Shown: positions 9,135 through 18,426 of the stretch, one piece after another
Layout: every line of letters begins with the position of its first letter
Numbering within the stretch: the first letter of the stretch is position 1
Assembly: GCA_038247415.1 (NCBI GenBank)
Contig: JBBRUX010000040.1
Span: 1-36,498, forward strand
Direction: 5' to 3'
DNA length: 36,498 nt
DNA from: Chitinivibrionales bacterium
GTDB lineage: Bacteria > Fibrobacterota > Chitinivibrionia > Chitinivibrionales > WJKA01
The notes under the pieces: model-generated
Told to the model about the DNA's origin: nothing
The model's input: only the letters and a program-made list of their open reading frames with translations
Databases searched by the model: none
Position numbers and translations under genes: made by a program

Positions 9135-9667
9135 AACTGAAATTACTATCACTTTTCATTGTTGGGTTGTTTAGCGTTGTTTTAAGCGGATATAATGATG
9201 GGCGCATTGCTTTAGCACCAAAAACTCCAATACCAACTACATTTTTAGAACGGGCAAAAAAGGCGGGATATACGCATATCCTAAATTGGGTTGATATTGG
9301 ATCTGAAAGCCTATGGTCAAACGGAAGTGTTCCCGGCTGGACAGAAACTACTTGTCCAGAATTTGCCCCTTCTGATAATGGATTCTCGTATTCCTTTAGG
9401 AGCTATTTATATGATATAGATTATAATAAAATTGGGCAGTTGCCAGATTCTATAGGGGCATTATCAAATTTGCAAAGATTAGATAGAAGCTTAAATTTAA
9501 TAAAAATATTGCCGGGGTCCCTTGCTAAACTAAATAAATGCTCTAATTTTACTTACCATCATAATCATCTTTGTTCCATCTCCGACACTATTAAAACCTG
9601 GATTACAAGTTTTGGCCGTGTCGTAAGAGACCCCGACACCACCCAAATCTGCGACGCCATCCATTAA
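9131..9667 (+). CDS. Secreted chimeric-looking protein with C-terminal leucine-rich repeats and Cys cap
   Basis: Signal peptide; NKIGQLPDSIGALSNLQRLD..LN.IKILP LRR; NHLC..W..QIC cap. Confidence 0.6.
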   Translation: MKLKLLSLFIVGLFSVVLSGYNDGRIALAPKTPIPTTFLERAKKAGYTHILNWVDIGSESLWSNGSVPGWTETTCPEFAPSDNGFSYSFRSYLYDIDYNKIGQLPDSIGALSNLQRLDRSLNLIKILPGSLAKLNKCSNFTYHHNHLCSISDTIKTWITSFGRVVRDPDTTQICDAIH

Positions 9668-9710
9668 CAAAAATTGATTTTTATGCATTAATTTAACAAA
9701 AAGGCAAAGC

Positions 9711-10374
9711 ATGTTCTCTAAAATCATCGTCGTTTCTTCTCTCCTTCTTGGCACTACATTCTCGGAGCCACTTGCCGTGGCCGATTCTTTACAAGGAAAT
9801 TTAGTCCAAGCAAACACTGATTCTGCAAAAGCAACAGTCAGTAATCAGCAAGCACAAGCCTTGCCTCAAAAAGACCTTGTCTCATTGGGAGTAAGCATTG
9901 GATTTAGGGATTTTTTTCCTAAAGAATACAGCATAGAGCTATGATTTTATTAGTGGTGCCACTTCTTCCCATACGTTTGCGACCTCTGCGGTAATGACCA
10001 GTGTAACGGGTGGGGCCAATGGCAGGTATGCCCTCCTCGATAAGAAAAGAATTGATGTCCATATAGGTTTGGGCGCTTATGGTGGGTGGACACATTTAAA
10101 AACAGGGAATGATTCTTCGGGGACTATTACCCTAGATGGCCAGGTGTATGCTGCCCAATTTCTTGTAGGTGCTAAATTAAAATTTAGTGCATTTGCGTTG
10201 AATTTTGAATATAATATGCCAGTCGAATATTTACATACAAAAGAAACCTCAAACACTCTCACCTCGCGAGCGCTTTCTGCCAGATCAAACAAGAACGAGA
10301 ATATCGACTTTGGAATGGCATTATCGCTTGGTGCAGAAGTAAGAGCAGGTATTATGTGGTATGTAAAGCTCTGA
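9711..10374 (+). pseudogene. Frameshifted outer-membrane beta-barrel protein
   Basis: Signal peptide in 9711..9944; amphipathic beta strands continue in another frame from ~9940 to 10374, ending GIMWYVKL. Confidence 0.6.
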
Positions 10375-10916
10375 AAAGACGACAATGCGATTGGAAGACT
10401 AGCGGATGCAGTGTTTGTTCAGTAAATGAAACACCAAGGGTCATGTCACAGGTCGATTCATACCGCTACTGTGATGCCACAATTCCGAGACGCCAGTTGT
10501 TGGCGCCTCATTTTCTACACTAAACCCAACAGTTGGGGGCATTGGGTATGGGGTGCATTTTCAGCCAAGCTTCCCTTCTGATTATCTAAAAGTTTCTTTC
10601 CTTTGGAAGTTTGGTGATGGTGCAACGAGTACCCAACAATTCCCGTCCCACCAATATTTATCTGCGGGTTCCTTTTCTGTTTACTTGACATAAGACTTTG
10701 AATACCCGCCCAACATAATGGTAACGGTTCCTCCACGGAAACCAAAGGTTACCATTACAAAGACAGATATGATTACAATTAAATACGATTACTTTTTATT
10801 TTATAAATGGGAAAGTTAGTGAATGTGCTTTTTATTGCTACCAGTTGCCGGTATTTAAAGCGCCTGTCCTTGACGCAAAATGGAGCACTCCGTATGGGGA
10901 TTGCAAAGAATTAAAA

Positions 10917-10954
10917 TAAAAGGCCTGATATTGTTTTCAATATCAGGCCTTTTA
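10917..10954 (-). terminator. Strong intrinsic terminator (potentially bidirectional)
   Basis: Perfect 17-bp inverted repeat TAAAAGGCCTGATATTG-TTTT-CAATATCAGGCCTTTTA; longer T tract on the minus strand. Confidence 0.85.
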
Positions 10955-10979
10955 GACGATAACCTTCAAAAATTAATCT

Positions 10980-11144
10980 TTAAGGCTTAAAGAGAAAGAA
11001 CCCTTTTGGCGTTAGAACTGCGATCTCACCATGAGGCCGAGCTGCAACTTTGAGAATGTCTGATGATGGCAGTGAACAGTTGCTTGCATCGTATCGAGCT
11101 ACGGCCCCTGTCGCGATGTTGATTTGTTTTGATGCCAATTTCAT
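10980..11144 (-). pseudogene. C-terminal remnant of a beta-propeller (Reg_prop-like) protein
   Basis: YDASNCSLPSSDILKVAARPHGEIAVLTPKGFFLF resembles one propeller blade; the stop is followed by the terminator. Confidence 0.5.
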
Positions 11145-11294
11145 CCCATCGTTTATTTTATTATTGATGCTCCCTTTCAAAAAAGTAATCCTTGTTGTGC
11201 AGATTGCAGCCGCGGTTGCGGCGGTTGCCTGCGGTGTAATGCTTTTTAGAGCAATGAATCTTGTTTTTGGTACGCTTAAAGGAGATATTTTTTT

Positions 11295-12224
11295 TTGATC
11301 TATTGTACGCTGCTTCATCCTGCTATCGACGTTATTTACTCGATGAAAGAATTGTCGGGTGGAAAAACCTATTGCGGTACCGAGGCTCTCTGTGAACCTG
11401 CCGGCAAGGCTGTTAATGTTGCCAAGGCAATTGCCTCGCTTGGCGAAGAGGTATGCGTAATTGGTGTGATGCCTCGTGATAACCACGATCAGTTTTCTAA
11501 TTATCTGAGCAAAAAAAACATTCAGTCTGATTTTTTTGAGGTCAGTGGCAGCGTCCGAATTAATGCAACAATTATTGAATCCGATCCCTCCCAGGTGACC
11601 CATATAAATGCTCAATCGAATGCACTACCTTCGGCATTATCGGGTGAAATCGCTGATTTTTTATCGAGCCGGATGAAAGCGGGCGATAGCTGGGCGCTGT
11701 GTGGTAGTTTGCCAGCCGGTATCGATAAAGGTTTTTACAAAGATTGTATTGCAGCGTGCAAAACAGCAGGGTGTCATACGGTTCTTGACACAAGCGAGCA
11801 AGCATTTAAGGTTGGGGTTGTAGCAAAGCCCGATATGATAAAACCTAATCTTGTTGAGCTCGAAGGGTATTTTGGTGAAAGTGTAAAAGGTGTCCGGCAT
11901 ATTGCTCTTAAAGGTAAACGCTTTATTGATATGGGAATTCCGCAGGTGTTTATATCGCTTGGATCCGATGGCATGATTGCAATTGCCGGAAGCGAATGTT
12001 TGCTCTGTACTGCGCCGCCTGTTCGCGTGGTTGACACTGTTGGGTGTGGCGACGCATTGGTGGCAGGACTTCTTGTTGGCAAACTGCGAGCGTTGTCATT
12101 TGCTGATACGTGCCGATTGGCTGTTGCGTGTGGCTCATCTAACGCCATGCATCGTGGTCCGGGGCATATTGATCGCAGTGAAGTTGTTTCGCTCATGGAA
12201 CAGGTTTTTGTTGAGGCGGTCTAA
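11295..12224 (+). CDS. 1-phosphofructokinase family hexose kinase (PfkB family)
   Basis: TLLHPAID, GKAVNVA, GSLP, IKPN..EL and DTVGCGD motifs; AAGGAG RBS. Confidence 0.92.
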   Translation: MIYCTLLHPAIDVIYSMKELSGGKTYCGTEALCEPAGKAVNVAKAIASLGEEVCVIGVMPRDNHDQFSNYLSKKNIQSDFFEVSGSVRINATIIESDPSQVTHINAQSNALPSALSGEIADFLSSRMKAGDSWALCGSLPAGIDKGFYKDCIAACKTAGCHTVLDTSEQAFKVGVVAKPDMIKPNLVELEGYFGESVKGVRHIALKGKRFIDMGIPQVFISLGSDGMIAIAGSECLLCTAPPVRVVDTVGCGDALVAGLLVGKLRALSFADTCRLAVACGSSNAMHRGPGHIDRSEVVSLMEQVFVEAV

Positions 12225-12244
12225 TTTTTTAGGAGGCATTGACA

Positions 12245-13135
12245 ATGAAAATTATCAATTTCGGATCGCTCAATATCGATCACGTTTACCGGGTAGACCA
12301 TATCAGTCGCCCTGGAGAAACGGTTGCAGGTATTTCCTGTTCTCTCTTTGCGGGAGGAAAAGGGGCCATACAATCAGTCGCCATTGCGCGCGCAGGTGGA
12401 GCGGTTAGTCACGCAGGCAAAATTGGCAACGATGGGTTGTGGATGGTAGAGACCATGAAAAAGGATGGGGTTGATATTTCCGCAATTGCGGTGTGTCCGC
12501 AGCCAACAGGGCATGCTATTATTCAGGTGGATAAAACAGGGCAAAATTCTATTGTTACCTTTGGCGGAACAAATCAACAGATTTCGATGGAAGATATCGA
12601 TGATGTACTCGAGTATGCAGAAGCAGGCGATGTAGTTCTTTTGCAAAACGAGATTAATAATATTCCCTATATAATTCATTCCGCTGCCGACAAGGGAATG
12701 CAAGTTTGTTTGAATCCTGCCCCCATGGGAGATGAAGTTTTTAAATACCCACTCGACAAGGTTACAACGTTTATTATCAATGAACATGAAGGGGAATCAC
12801 TCACAGGCGAAGCTTCTGCTCAAAAAATTATCGATGCCATGATCTCCCGATATGAGCATGCAACAATTATTCTAACCTCGGGATCTAGTGGCTGTTTATA
12901 TGCACGCGGCGCGCTTAAAGGAATAATTCCTGGCCGTGCAGCAAATGTTGTTGACGAAACGGGTGCTGGCGATACGTTTGTAGGATATCTTTTTGCAGAA
13001 CTTCAACGCGGAATTGGCCTTAAGCAATCGCTTGAATTTGCTACCATTGCCGCATCAATGAGTGTAACGCGCAAGGGAGCAATTCCCTCAATTCCGTATC
13101 GTGCAGAAGTGGAAACAGGAAGCAGCGTTGCTTAA
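12245..13135 (+). CDS. rbsK: Ribokinase-like PfkB family kinase
   Basis: GSLNID, GGKG, LQNE, NPAP, NEHE and GAGDTF motifs; AGGAGG RBS before ATG 12245. Confidence 0.85.
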   Translation: MKIINFGSLNIDHVYRVDHISRPGETVAGISCSLFAGGKGAIQSVAIARAGGAVSHAGKIGNDGLWMVETMKKDGVDISAIAVCPQPTGHAIIQVDKTGQNSIVTFGGTNQQISMEDIDDVLEYAEAGDVVLLQNEINNIPYIIHSAADKGMQVCLNPAPMGDEVFKYPLDKVTTFIINEHEGESLTGEASAQKIIDAMISRYEHATIILTSGSSGCLYARGALKGIIPGRAANVVDETGAGDTFVGYLFAELQRGIGLKQSLEFATIAASMSVTRKGAIPSIPYRAEVETGSSVA

Positions 13136-13162
13136 CGGAAATGCTTACAGAGAGGACAATAC

Positions 13163-15682
13163 ATGGCATTTGAAGACATGAAGACAATAGAAGCCAAGTG
13201 GCAGAAAATCTGGAAAGACACCCAGGCCTTTAAGACAACCTCAGATCCTGCCAAGCCTAATTTTTATGCTCTCGATATGTTTCCCTATCCTTCGGGATCT
13301 GGTTTACATGTTGGGCACTGCGAGGGCTACACAGCAACCGACGTCCTTGCGCGCCTGCGTCGTATGCAAGGGTATAATGTTTTACATCCGATGGGTTGGG
13401 ATGCCTTTGGCTTACCTGCAGAAAACTATGCTCTTAAAACAGGCATTCATCCGCGGGAAACTACCGCTGCTGCTATTGCCAATTTCAGGCGCCAAATAGA
13501 TTCGGTTGGTTTTTCCTACGACTGGGAAACCGAAGTCAACACAACAGATCCCGCCTATTATAAATGGACTCAATGGATTTTTTTACAGCTGTTTAAGCAG
13601 GGTCTTGCATACGAATCGGTTATTCCTATCAATTGGTGCCCTAGCTGCAAAACAGGTCTTGCTAACGAGGAAGTAAATAGTGGCAAGTGCGACCGATGCG
13701 GGCAACAAGTCCAGCGTAAGGACATGCGGCAGTGGATGCTACGGATCACTCAATACGCCGATCGCCTTTTAGCCGATTTGTCGGAAGTTGACTGGCCAGA
13801 ATCTACCCTTGCAATGCAGCGAAACTGGATTGGCAGATCCGAGGGTGCAGAAGTGACCTTTGCCGTTGCACCTGGGTATGCACCATCTGTCCAGATTACA
13901 GTGTTTACAACAAGACCCGATACTCTTTTTGGTGCAACGTATATGGTGCTTTCTCCCGAACATGCGCTTGTCGAGAAGATTACTACACCGGAGTGCAAGG
14001 CATCGGTGGCGGCATATCAGGCGCAGGCTCGTTTCAAAAGTGATCTGGAACGCACCGAACTAACAAAAGAAAAAACGGGTTCGTTTACTGGGGCATATGC
14101 ACTTAATCCTGTCAATAATAAGCAAATTCCCATATGGATTGCAGATTACGTTTTAGCAACCTATGGTACAGGCGCAATTATGGCTGTTCCGGCTCATGAT
14201 GAGCGAGATTTTGCGTTTGCTCAGAAATACGGCATTCCCATTCTTGAGGTTGTTGCACCCGTCAAAGGAAAAACCGCACTCCCCGATGCAGCCTTTGTAG
14301 ATGCAGGGATTGCCGTTAATAGCGGTTTACTTGATGGTATGGCAACAAGTGTTGCAAAAGCAACCATGATTACATGGCTTTCCGATACGGGATTTGGCAA
14401 GGGATCGGTTACCTACCGACTGCGCGATTGGGTTTTCTCGCGTCAACGATACTGGGGAGAACCTATTCCGGTTGTGCACTGTGGGACATGTGGGGTTGTT
14501 CCGGTACACGAATCTGAATTGCCTGTTTTGTTACCCGAGGTACAAAGCTACGAACCATCGGGTACCGGAGAATCCCCTCTGGCAACGATAGCATCGTGGG
14601 TGACAACCACCTGCCCTACCTGTAAAGGACCAGCGCGTCGTGAAACAAACACGATGCCTCAGTGGGCCGGGTCGTGCTGGTATTATTTACGCTATCTCGA
14701 TCCAAAAAATGCGGAACATGCTTGGAGTGCCGCGCGTGAGAAGCAATGGATGAACGTTGATCTGTACGTTGGTGGAGCAGAACATGCTGTTCTGCATCTT
14801 CTGTATTCGCGATTCTGGCACAAAGTTCTTTTTGATCTTGGCTATGTGTCAACACTGGAGCCTTTTAAAAAATTACGGCATCAAGGAACGGTGCTTGCGC
14901 GAACCTATCGTGATGCTGTCGGAAAATATCACGAATTTTCGGAAGTGACCATTAAAAACGATCTTCCTTATTTGACAATAACCGGGGAATTACTGACCAG
15001 TGAAGTTGAAAAGATGGCAAAATCAAAACTCAATGGGGTTAATCCCGATGATGTTGTTGCGACTTCTGGTGCAGATGTTTTACGGCTCTACGAGCTTTTT
15101 ATGGGTGAGTTCGAGCTTCCAAAACCGTGGGATCCCAGGGCCATTGAAGGCTGCGTACGATTTTTAAGACGTGTTATGAGGCTTGTTGATGAATTTGACG
15201 CCGCGGTAGTAGGTTCTGCCGATACACATGAGCGTTTACGGCATAAAACTATTAAAAAAGTATCGGCCGATCTTGAGGCAATGAAATTTAATACAGCTAT
15301 TGCCCGTCTTATGGAATATATCAATGCTTTAATTACGGTGAAGCCCACGCGCGATGATCTAACCACCCTTGTGCTTTTAATGGCTCCGTTTGCACCACAT
15401 GTTGCCGAGGAACTATGGGAACGGCTTGGTGGGGCTGGTCTTATTGCTCATGCTCCATGGCCGATTTTTAACGCGGCATTGTGCGAAGACGATACGCTTA
15501 CCATTGTAGTTCAGGTAAATGGCAAATTGCGGGAACAATTTACTGTTGCGCGCGATGCAACAAGCGAAATGCTGGAGTCTACGGCATTGTCACTCGAAAA
15601 AGTTAAAGCTGCTGTTGTTGGGAAAACAATTAAAAAAGTGGTGGTAGTTCCCAATAAGCTTGTTAATGTGGTGGTGGGCTAG
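13163..15682 (+). CDS. leuS: Leucine--tRNA ligase
   Basis: MFPYPSG..LHVGH, FTTRPDT editing domain, SRQRYWGEPIP, KMAKS and VQVNGKLR motifs. Confidence 0.98.
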   Translation: MAFEDMKTIEAKWQKIWKDTQAFKTTSDPAKPNFYALDMFPYPSGSGLHVGHCEGYTATDVLARLRRMQGYNVLHPMGWDAFGLPAENYALKTGIHPRETTAAAIANFRRQIDSVGFSYDWETEVNTTDPAYYKWTQWIFLQLFKQGLAYESVIPINWCPSCKTGLANEEVNSGKCDRCGQQVQRKDMRQWMLRITQYADRLLADLSEVDWPESTLAMQRNWIGRSEGAEVTFAVAPGYAPSVQITVFTTRPDTLFGATYMVLSPEHALVEKITTPECKASVAAYQAQARFKSDLERTELTKEKTGSFTGAYALNPVNNKQIPIWIADYVLATYGTGAIMAVPAHDERDFAFAQKYGIPILEVVAPVKGKTALPDAAFVDAGIAVNSGLLDGMATSVAKATMITWLSDTGFGKGSVTYRLRDWVFSRQRYWGEPIPVVHCGTCGVVPVHESELPVLLPEVQSYEPSGTGESPLATIASWVTTTCPTCKGPARRETNTMPQWAGSCWYYLRYLDPKNAEHAWSAAREKQWMNVDLYVGGAEHAVLHLLYSRFWHKVLFDLGYVSTLEPFKKLRHQGTVLARTYRDAVGKYHEFSEVTIKNDLPYLTITGELLTSEVEKMAKSKLNGVNPDDVVATSGADVLRLYELFMGEFELPKPWDPRAIEGCVRFLRRVMRLVDEFDAAVVGSADTHERLRHKTIKKVSADLEAMKFNTAIARLMEYINALITVKPTRDDLTTLVLLMAPFAPHVAEELWERLGGAGLIAHAPWPIFNAALCEDDTLTIVVQVNGKLREQFTVARDATSEMLESTALSLEKVKAAVVGKTIKKVVVVPNKLVNVVVG

Positions 15683-15684
15683 CC

Positions 15685-16305
15685 ATGGGGTTTCCTCTTT
15701 GTATAGCAACGGGAAATAAAGGCAAACAAGCAGAATTTGCCGAAATGCTTTCTCCATTGCACTACACGGTAACGTCGCTACGAGATCATTTTGACCCAAT
15801 GCCAGTAATTGCAGAAACAGGTGCTACTTTTCTGGAAAATGCGTTTCTTAAAGCAGAATGGGTGCATAAGCACCTTGGTATCTCGGTGATAGCCGATGAT
15901 TCTGGTTTACAAGTAGATGCCCTTGATGGCGCTCCGGGGGTATATAGCGCACGCTATGCAGGCGAAGGTGCAACCGATTCGGACAATATTCTGAAACTAC
16001 TGTCCGAGTTAGATACCGTATCGATTGAAAAACGAAGCGCCCGGTTTACGTGCGTTTTGGCGTGTATTCTTGACGACGGAAGAAAATTGTACGCAGAAGG
16101 GGTCTGTGAGGGTACAATTGGCCTAGAATGCAAAGGGACCAATGGCTTTGGCTATGATCCCCTTTTTATCCCTCGCGGTCACGGGGCATCGTTTGGTGAA
16201 TTAGAGAGCTCGATTAAAAATGCACTGAGTCATCGCGGTAGCGCGCTTGCATCGCTTGTTTCGAAGCTTAACAAAAGTGGCCACGCAACCACGATAGCGC
16301 CCTGA
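15685..16305 (+). CDS. rdgB: Non-canonical purine NTP pyrophosphatase (HAM1 family)
   Basis: ATGNKGK, DDSGL, PGVYSAR, FGYDPLF and SHRG motifs. Confidence 0.95.
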   Translation: MGFPLCIATGNKGKQAEFAEMLSPLHYTVTSLRDHFDPMPVIAETGATFLENAFLKAEWVHKHLGISVIADDSGLQVDALDGAPGVYSARYAGEGATDSDNILKLLSELDTVSIEKRSARFTCVLACILDDGRKLYAEGVCEGTIGLECKGTNGFGYDPLFIPRGHGASFGELESSIKNALSHRGSALASLVSKLNKSGHATTIAP

Positions 16306-16345
16306 AAAAGAAGCGATCGTAGATGCCTGGGCACTGGCTGATATG

Positions 16346-16780
16346 TTACTCGGTTGAAAACAGTTCTTTTTCTGTAAAGAAATAGCGGATTTCTTCCTGA
16401 GCTGTTTGCGGGGAGTCTGAGCCATGGCAGGTGTTCCTATTTGCAGCGGTGGCAAACAGTTTTCGGATAGTGCCGTCGGCTGCTTTTGCTGGGTCTGTTG
16501 TGCCCATGAGAGTTCTATAGCGGGAGATTGCTTGGTCGCCTTCTAAAACCATAACAAGAATTCGGCCCGATGACATAAAGGTAATAAGGTCATTGTAAAA
16601 AGGTTTGCCTTTATGAATCGAGTAAAAGCATTCAACATCGGGTATAGATAGTTTCATCATTTTGAGAGCAACAATCGAAAGCCCATTTTGCTCTATGAGG
16701 GAAAGCATTTGTCCTGCGATAGTGCGCTTGATTGCATCGGGTTTGAAAATTGCAAGAGTCCGTTCCAGCGGCAATGGCAT
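16346..16780 (-). CDS. ndk: Nucleoside diphosphate kinase
   Basis: ERTLAIFKPDA, GTIR and N..HGSDS motifs. Confidence 0.97.
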   Translation of the reverse strand: MPLPLERTLAIFKPDAIKRTIAGQMLSLIEQNGLSIVALKMMKLSIPDVECFYSIHKGKPFYNDLITFMSSGRILVMVLEGDQAISRYRTLMGTTDPAKAADGTIRKLFATAANRNTCHGSDSPQTAQEEIRYFFTEKELFSTE

Positions 16781-16903
16781 AGGTCTTCCTTTAGAAAAAA
16801 TGAAACGTTATAGTTATGATATACAGTAATAAAGCATGTAAAATACTTTTGTGGCAGATGAAATGAATAGCAAAATTCCGATACCTTTTTTCAAGGAGCT
16901 GCA

Positions 16904-17638
16904 ATGATTAACCGATGTGCCTCTTTTTGTATGGCTTTGGGAATTGTGGGAAGCACACTTTTGTGGGGTGGGCAATCGGGTGGATCTGTTGTTTCCTTAG
17001 CACCTCCCGTGGCAGATTCTCTGTCTGCCGTTAAAGGTCCCGATTCTGTTGGTACGCCCGAGGTAGCAGCGAACGTTCTGCGAACAATTACCATCCGCTC
17101 TAAACCAGATAGTGCCCTTGTTGTGTTTGATAGTATGGGCATCGATTCAAAGACTCCGGCTACAATCGATTCTGTTGCGCTTGGTGAGCATGTCGTGATT
17201 CTTAAAAAAGAAGGCTATTTTCTTAAAAAAGCTCGAATCAATGTTTCCGCAGATAGTGGAAATTCCTTTGACTTTACGCTTCTTAAGCCTGGTGCTGTTC
17301 AACTACAATCGGTACCTGCTGGAGCATCGGTTTCATTTGATGCCAAAAATATAGGGGTTACGCCACTCTTAAAAAATAAAATGAAGCCGGGTGAGTACGA
17401 CGTAACGTTTAGTCTTGATGGGTATACCCCTCTTACCAAAAAGGTTACAGTTTTAGATGGTGGCCTCGATACGATACTTGTTACTCTTATTAAAGCGGCA
17501 CCATCTGCTCCTCTGTCGTCAACAAAGCCACCCGTGCAGAAAGCAACTTCGGCCGATCCTTTTGCGCGTATGCTTGTGACAGGACTTTTTGTGGTATTTG
17601 GACTAGGAATTCTTTTGGCAGAATTGGTTGGGCCCTGA
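16904..17638 (+). CDS. PEGA domain protein with signal peptide and C-terminal TM helix
   Basis: Two repeats of I.S.P..A.V.FD...G.TP..G.H/Y.V....GY; AAGGAG RBS. Confidence 0.88.
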   Translation: MINRCASFCMALGIVGSTLLWGGQSGGSVVSLAPPVADSLSAVKGPDSVGTPEVAANVLRTITIRSKPDSALVVFDSMGIDSKTPATIDSVALGEHVVILKKEGYFLKKARINVSADSGNSFDFTLLKPGAVQLQSVPAGASVSFDAKNIGVTPLLKNKMKPGEYDVTFSLDGYTPLTKKVTVLDGGLDTILVTLIKAAPSAPLSSTKPPVQKATSADPFARMLVTGLFVVFGLGILLAELVGP

Positions 17639-17643
17639 TACCT

Positions 17644-18408
17644 ATGGTGTTTATTAAGGTGCTTGTTGCTGCGGTTGCTCTTGCAGCTGGTTCAGATGTA
17701 CGTGCAGAATCTGGCAGGGTCAAACTTTCGGGGGGCAGCTTTACTTTAGGTGGAGAAGGCCATGCAGAAGACGAAATGCCAAAGGCGATTGTTACGGTTT
17801 CGTCGTTTAGTATCGATCGTACCGAAGTTTCTGTTGCGCAGTACGATTCTTGCGTAACTGCCAAAAGATGCACTCCCGCACATTATTCCGATGGAAAATG
17901 CCTTATGTTGACATCAGGCAGCTTAACCAGTGTTGTTGTGCCACATCAGTATGTGCTTAAAAATGTTCCGGTAACGTGTGTCGATTGGCAACAGGCATCT
18001 GCCTATTGTGCGTATCGAAATGGCAGATTGCCTACCGAGGCTCAGTGGGAATATGCAGCGTTAGGCTCAAATTCTGGTACCTACTCGTGGGGAAATACCC
18101 CTCCCTCCCAGGCGCGTTGCGCGCAATCCAGCGTGCATCATCCCTCACCATGTGGGAGCTATTCTTCTAATAGCAATGGGTTATTTGACATGACAGGAAA
18201 TGTCTGGGAATGGACACAGGATCGGTATCAAAAAGATTTATATGCAACTGCATCTCCAAACAATCCGCAAGGGCCGCAGGTTGGTAGATATCGTTCTATC
18301 CGTGGCGGAGGTTGGTATAGCAATGCAGACCAATTGCGGATCAAGAAACGTGCTTTTTTTGCCCCCGAATGTGGGGAAGTGAGCATTGGGTTTCGTTGTG
18401 TTCAATAA
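17644..18408 (+). CDS. Formylglycine-generating enzyme (FGE-sulfatase) fold protein, secreted
   Basis: RLPTEAQWEYAA, GLFDMTGNVWEW, RGGGW and IGFRC motifs. Confidence 0.92.
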   Translation: MVFIKVLVAAVALAAGSDVRAESGRVKLSGGSFTLGGEGHAEDEMPKAIVTVSSFSIDRTEVSVAQYDSCVTAKRCTPAHYSDGKCLMLTSGSLTSVVVPHQYVLKNVPVTCVDWQQASAYCAYRNGRLPTEAQWEYAALGSNSGTYSWGNTPPSQARCAQSSVHHPSPCGSYSSNSNGLFDMTGNVWEWTQDRYQKDLYATASPNNPQGPQVGRYRSIRGGGWYSNADQLRIKKRAFFAPECGEVSIGFRCVQ

Positions 18409-18426
18409 CCGGAGAGCAGCATATTC

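Noticed and set aside
10841..10879. CCAGTTGCCG and GACGCAAA, reminiscent of c-di-GMP-I riboswitch pieces
   Set aside because: The pieces are in the wrong order and the stems do not form
11145..11615. Upstream part of the 211-aa minus ORF 10980..11615
   Set aside because: Mostly antisense to the PfkB kinase gene; only the last ~54 codons look protein-like
15011..15025. KMAKS instead of KMSKS in LeuRS
   Set aside because: Conservative change that keeps both lysines; the rest of the enzyme looks normal
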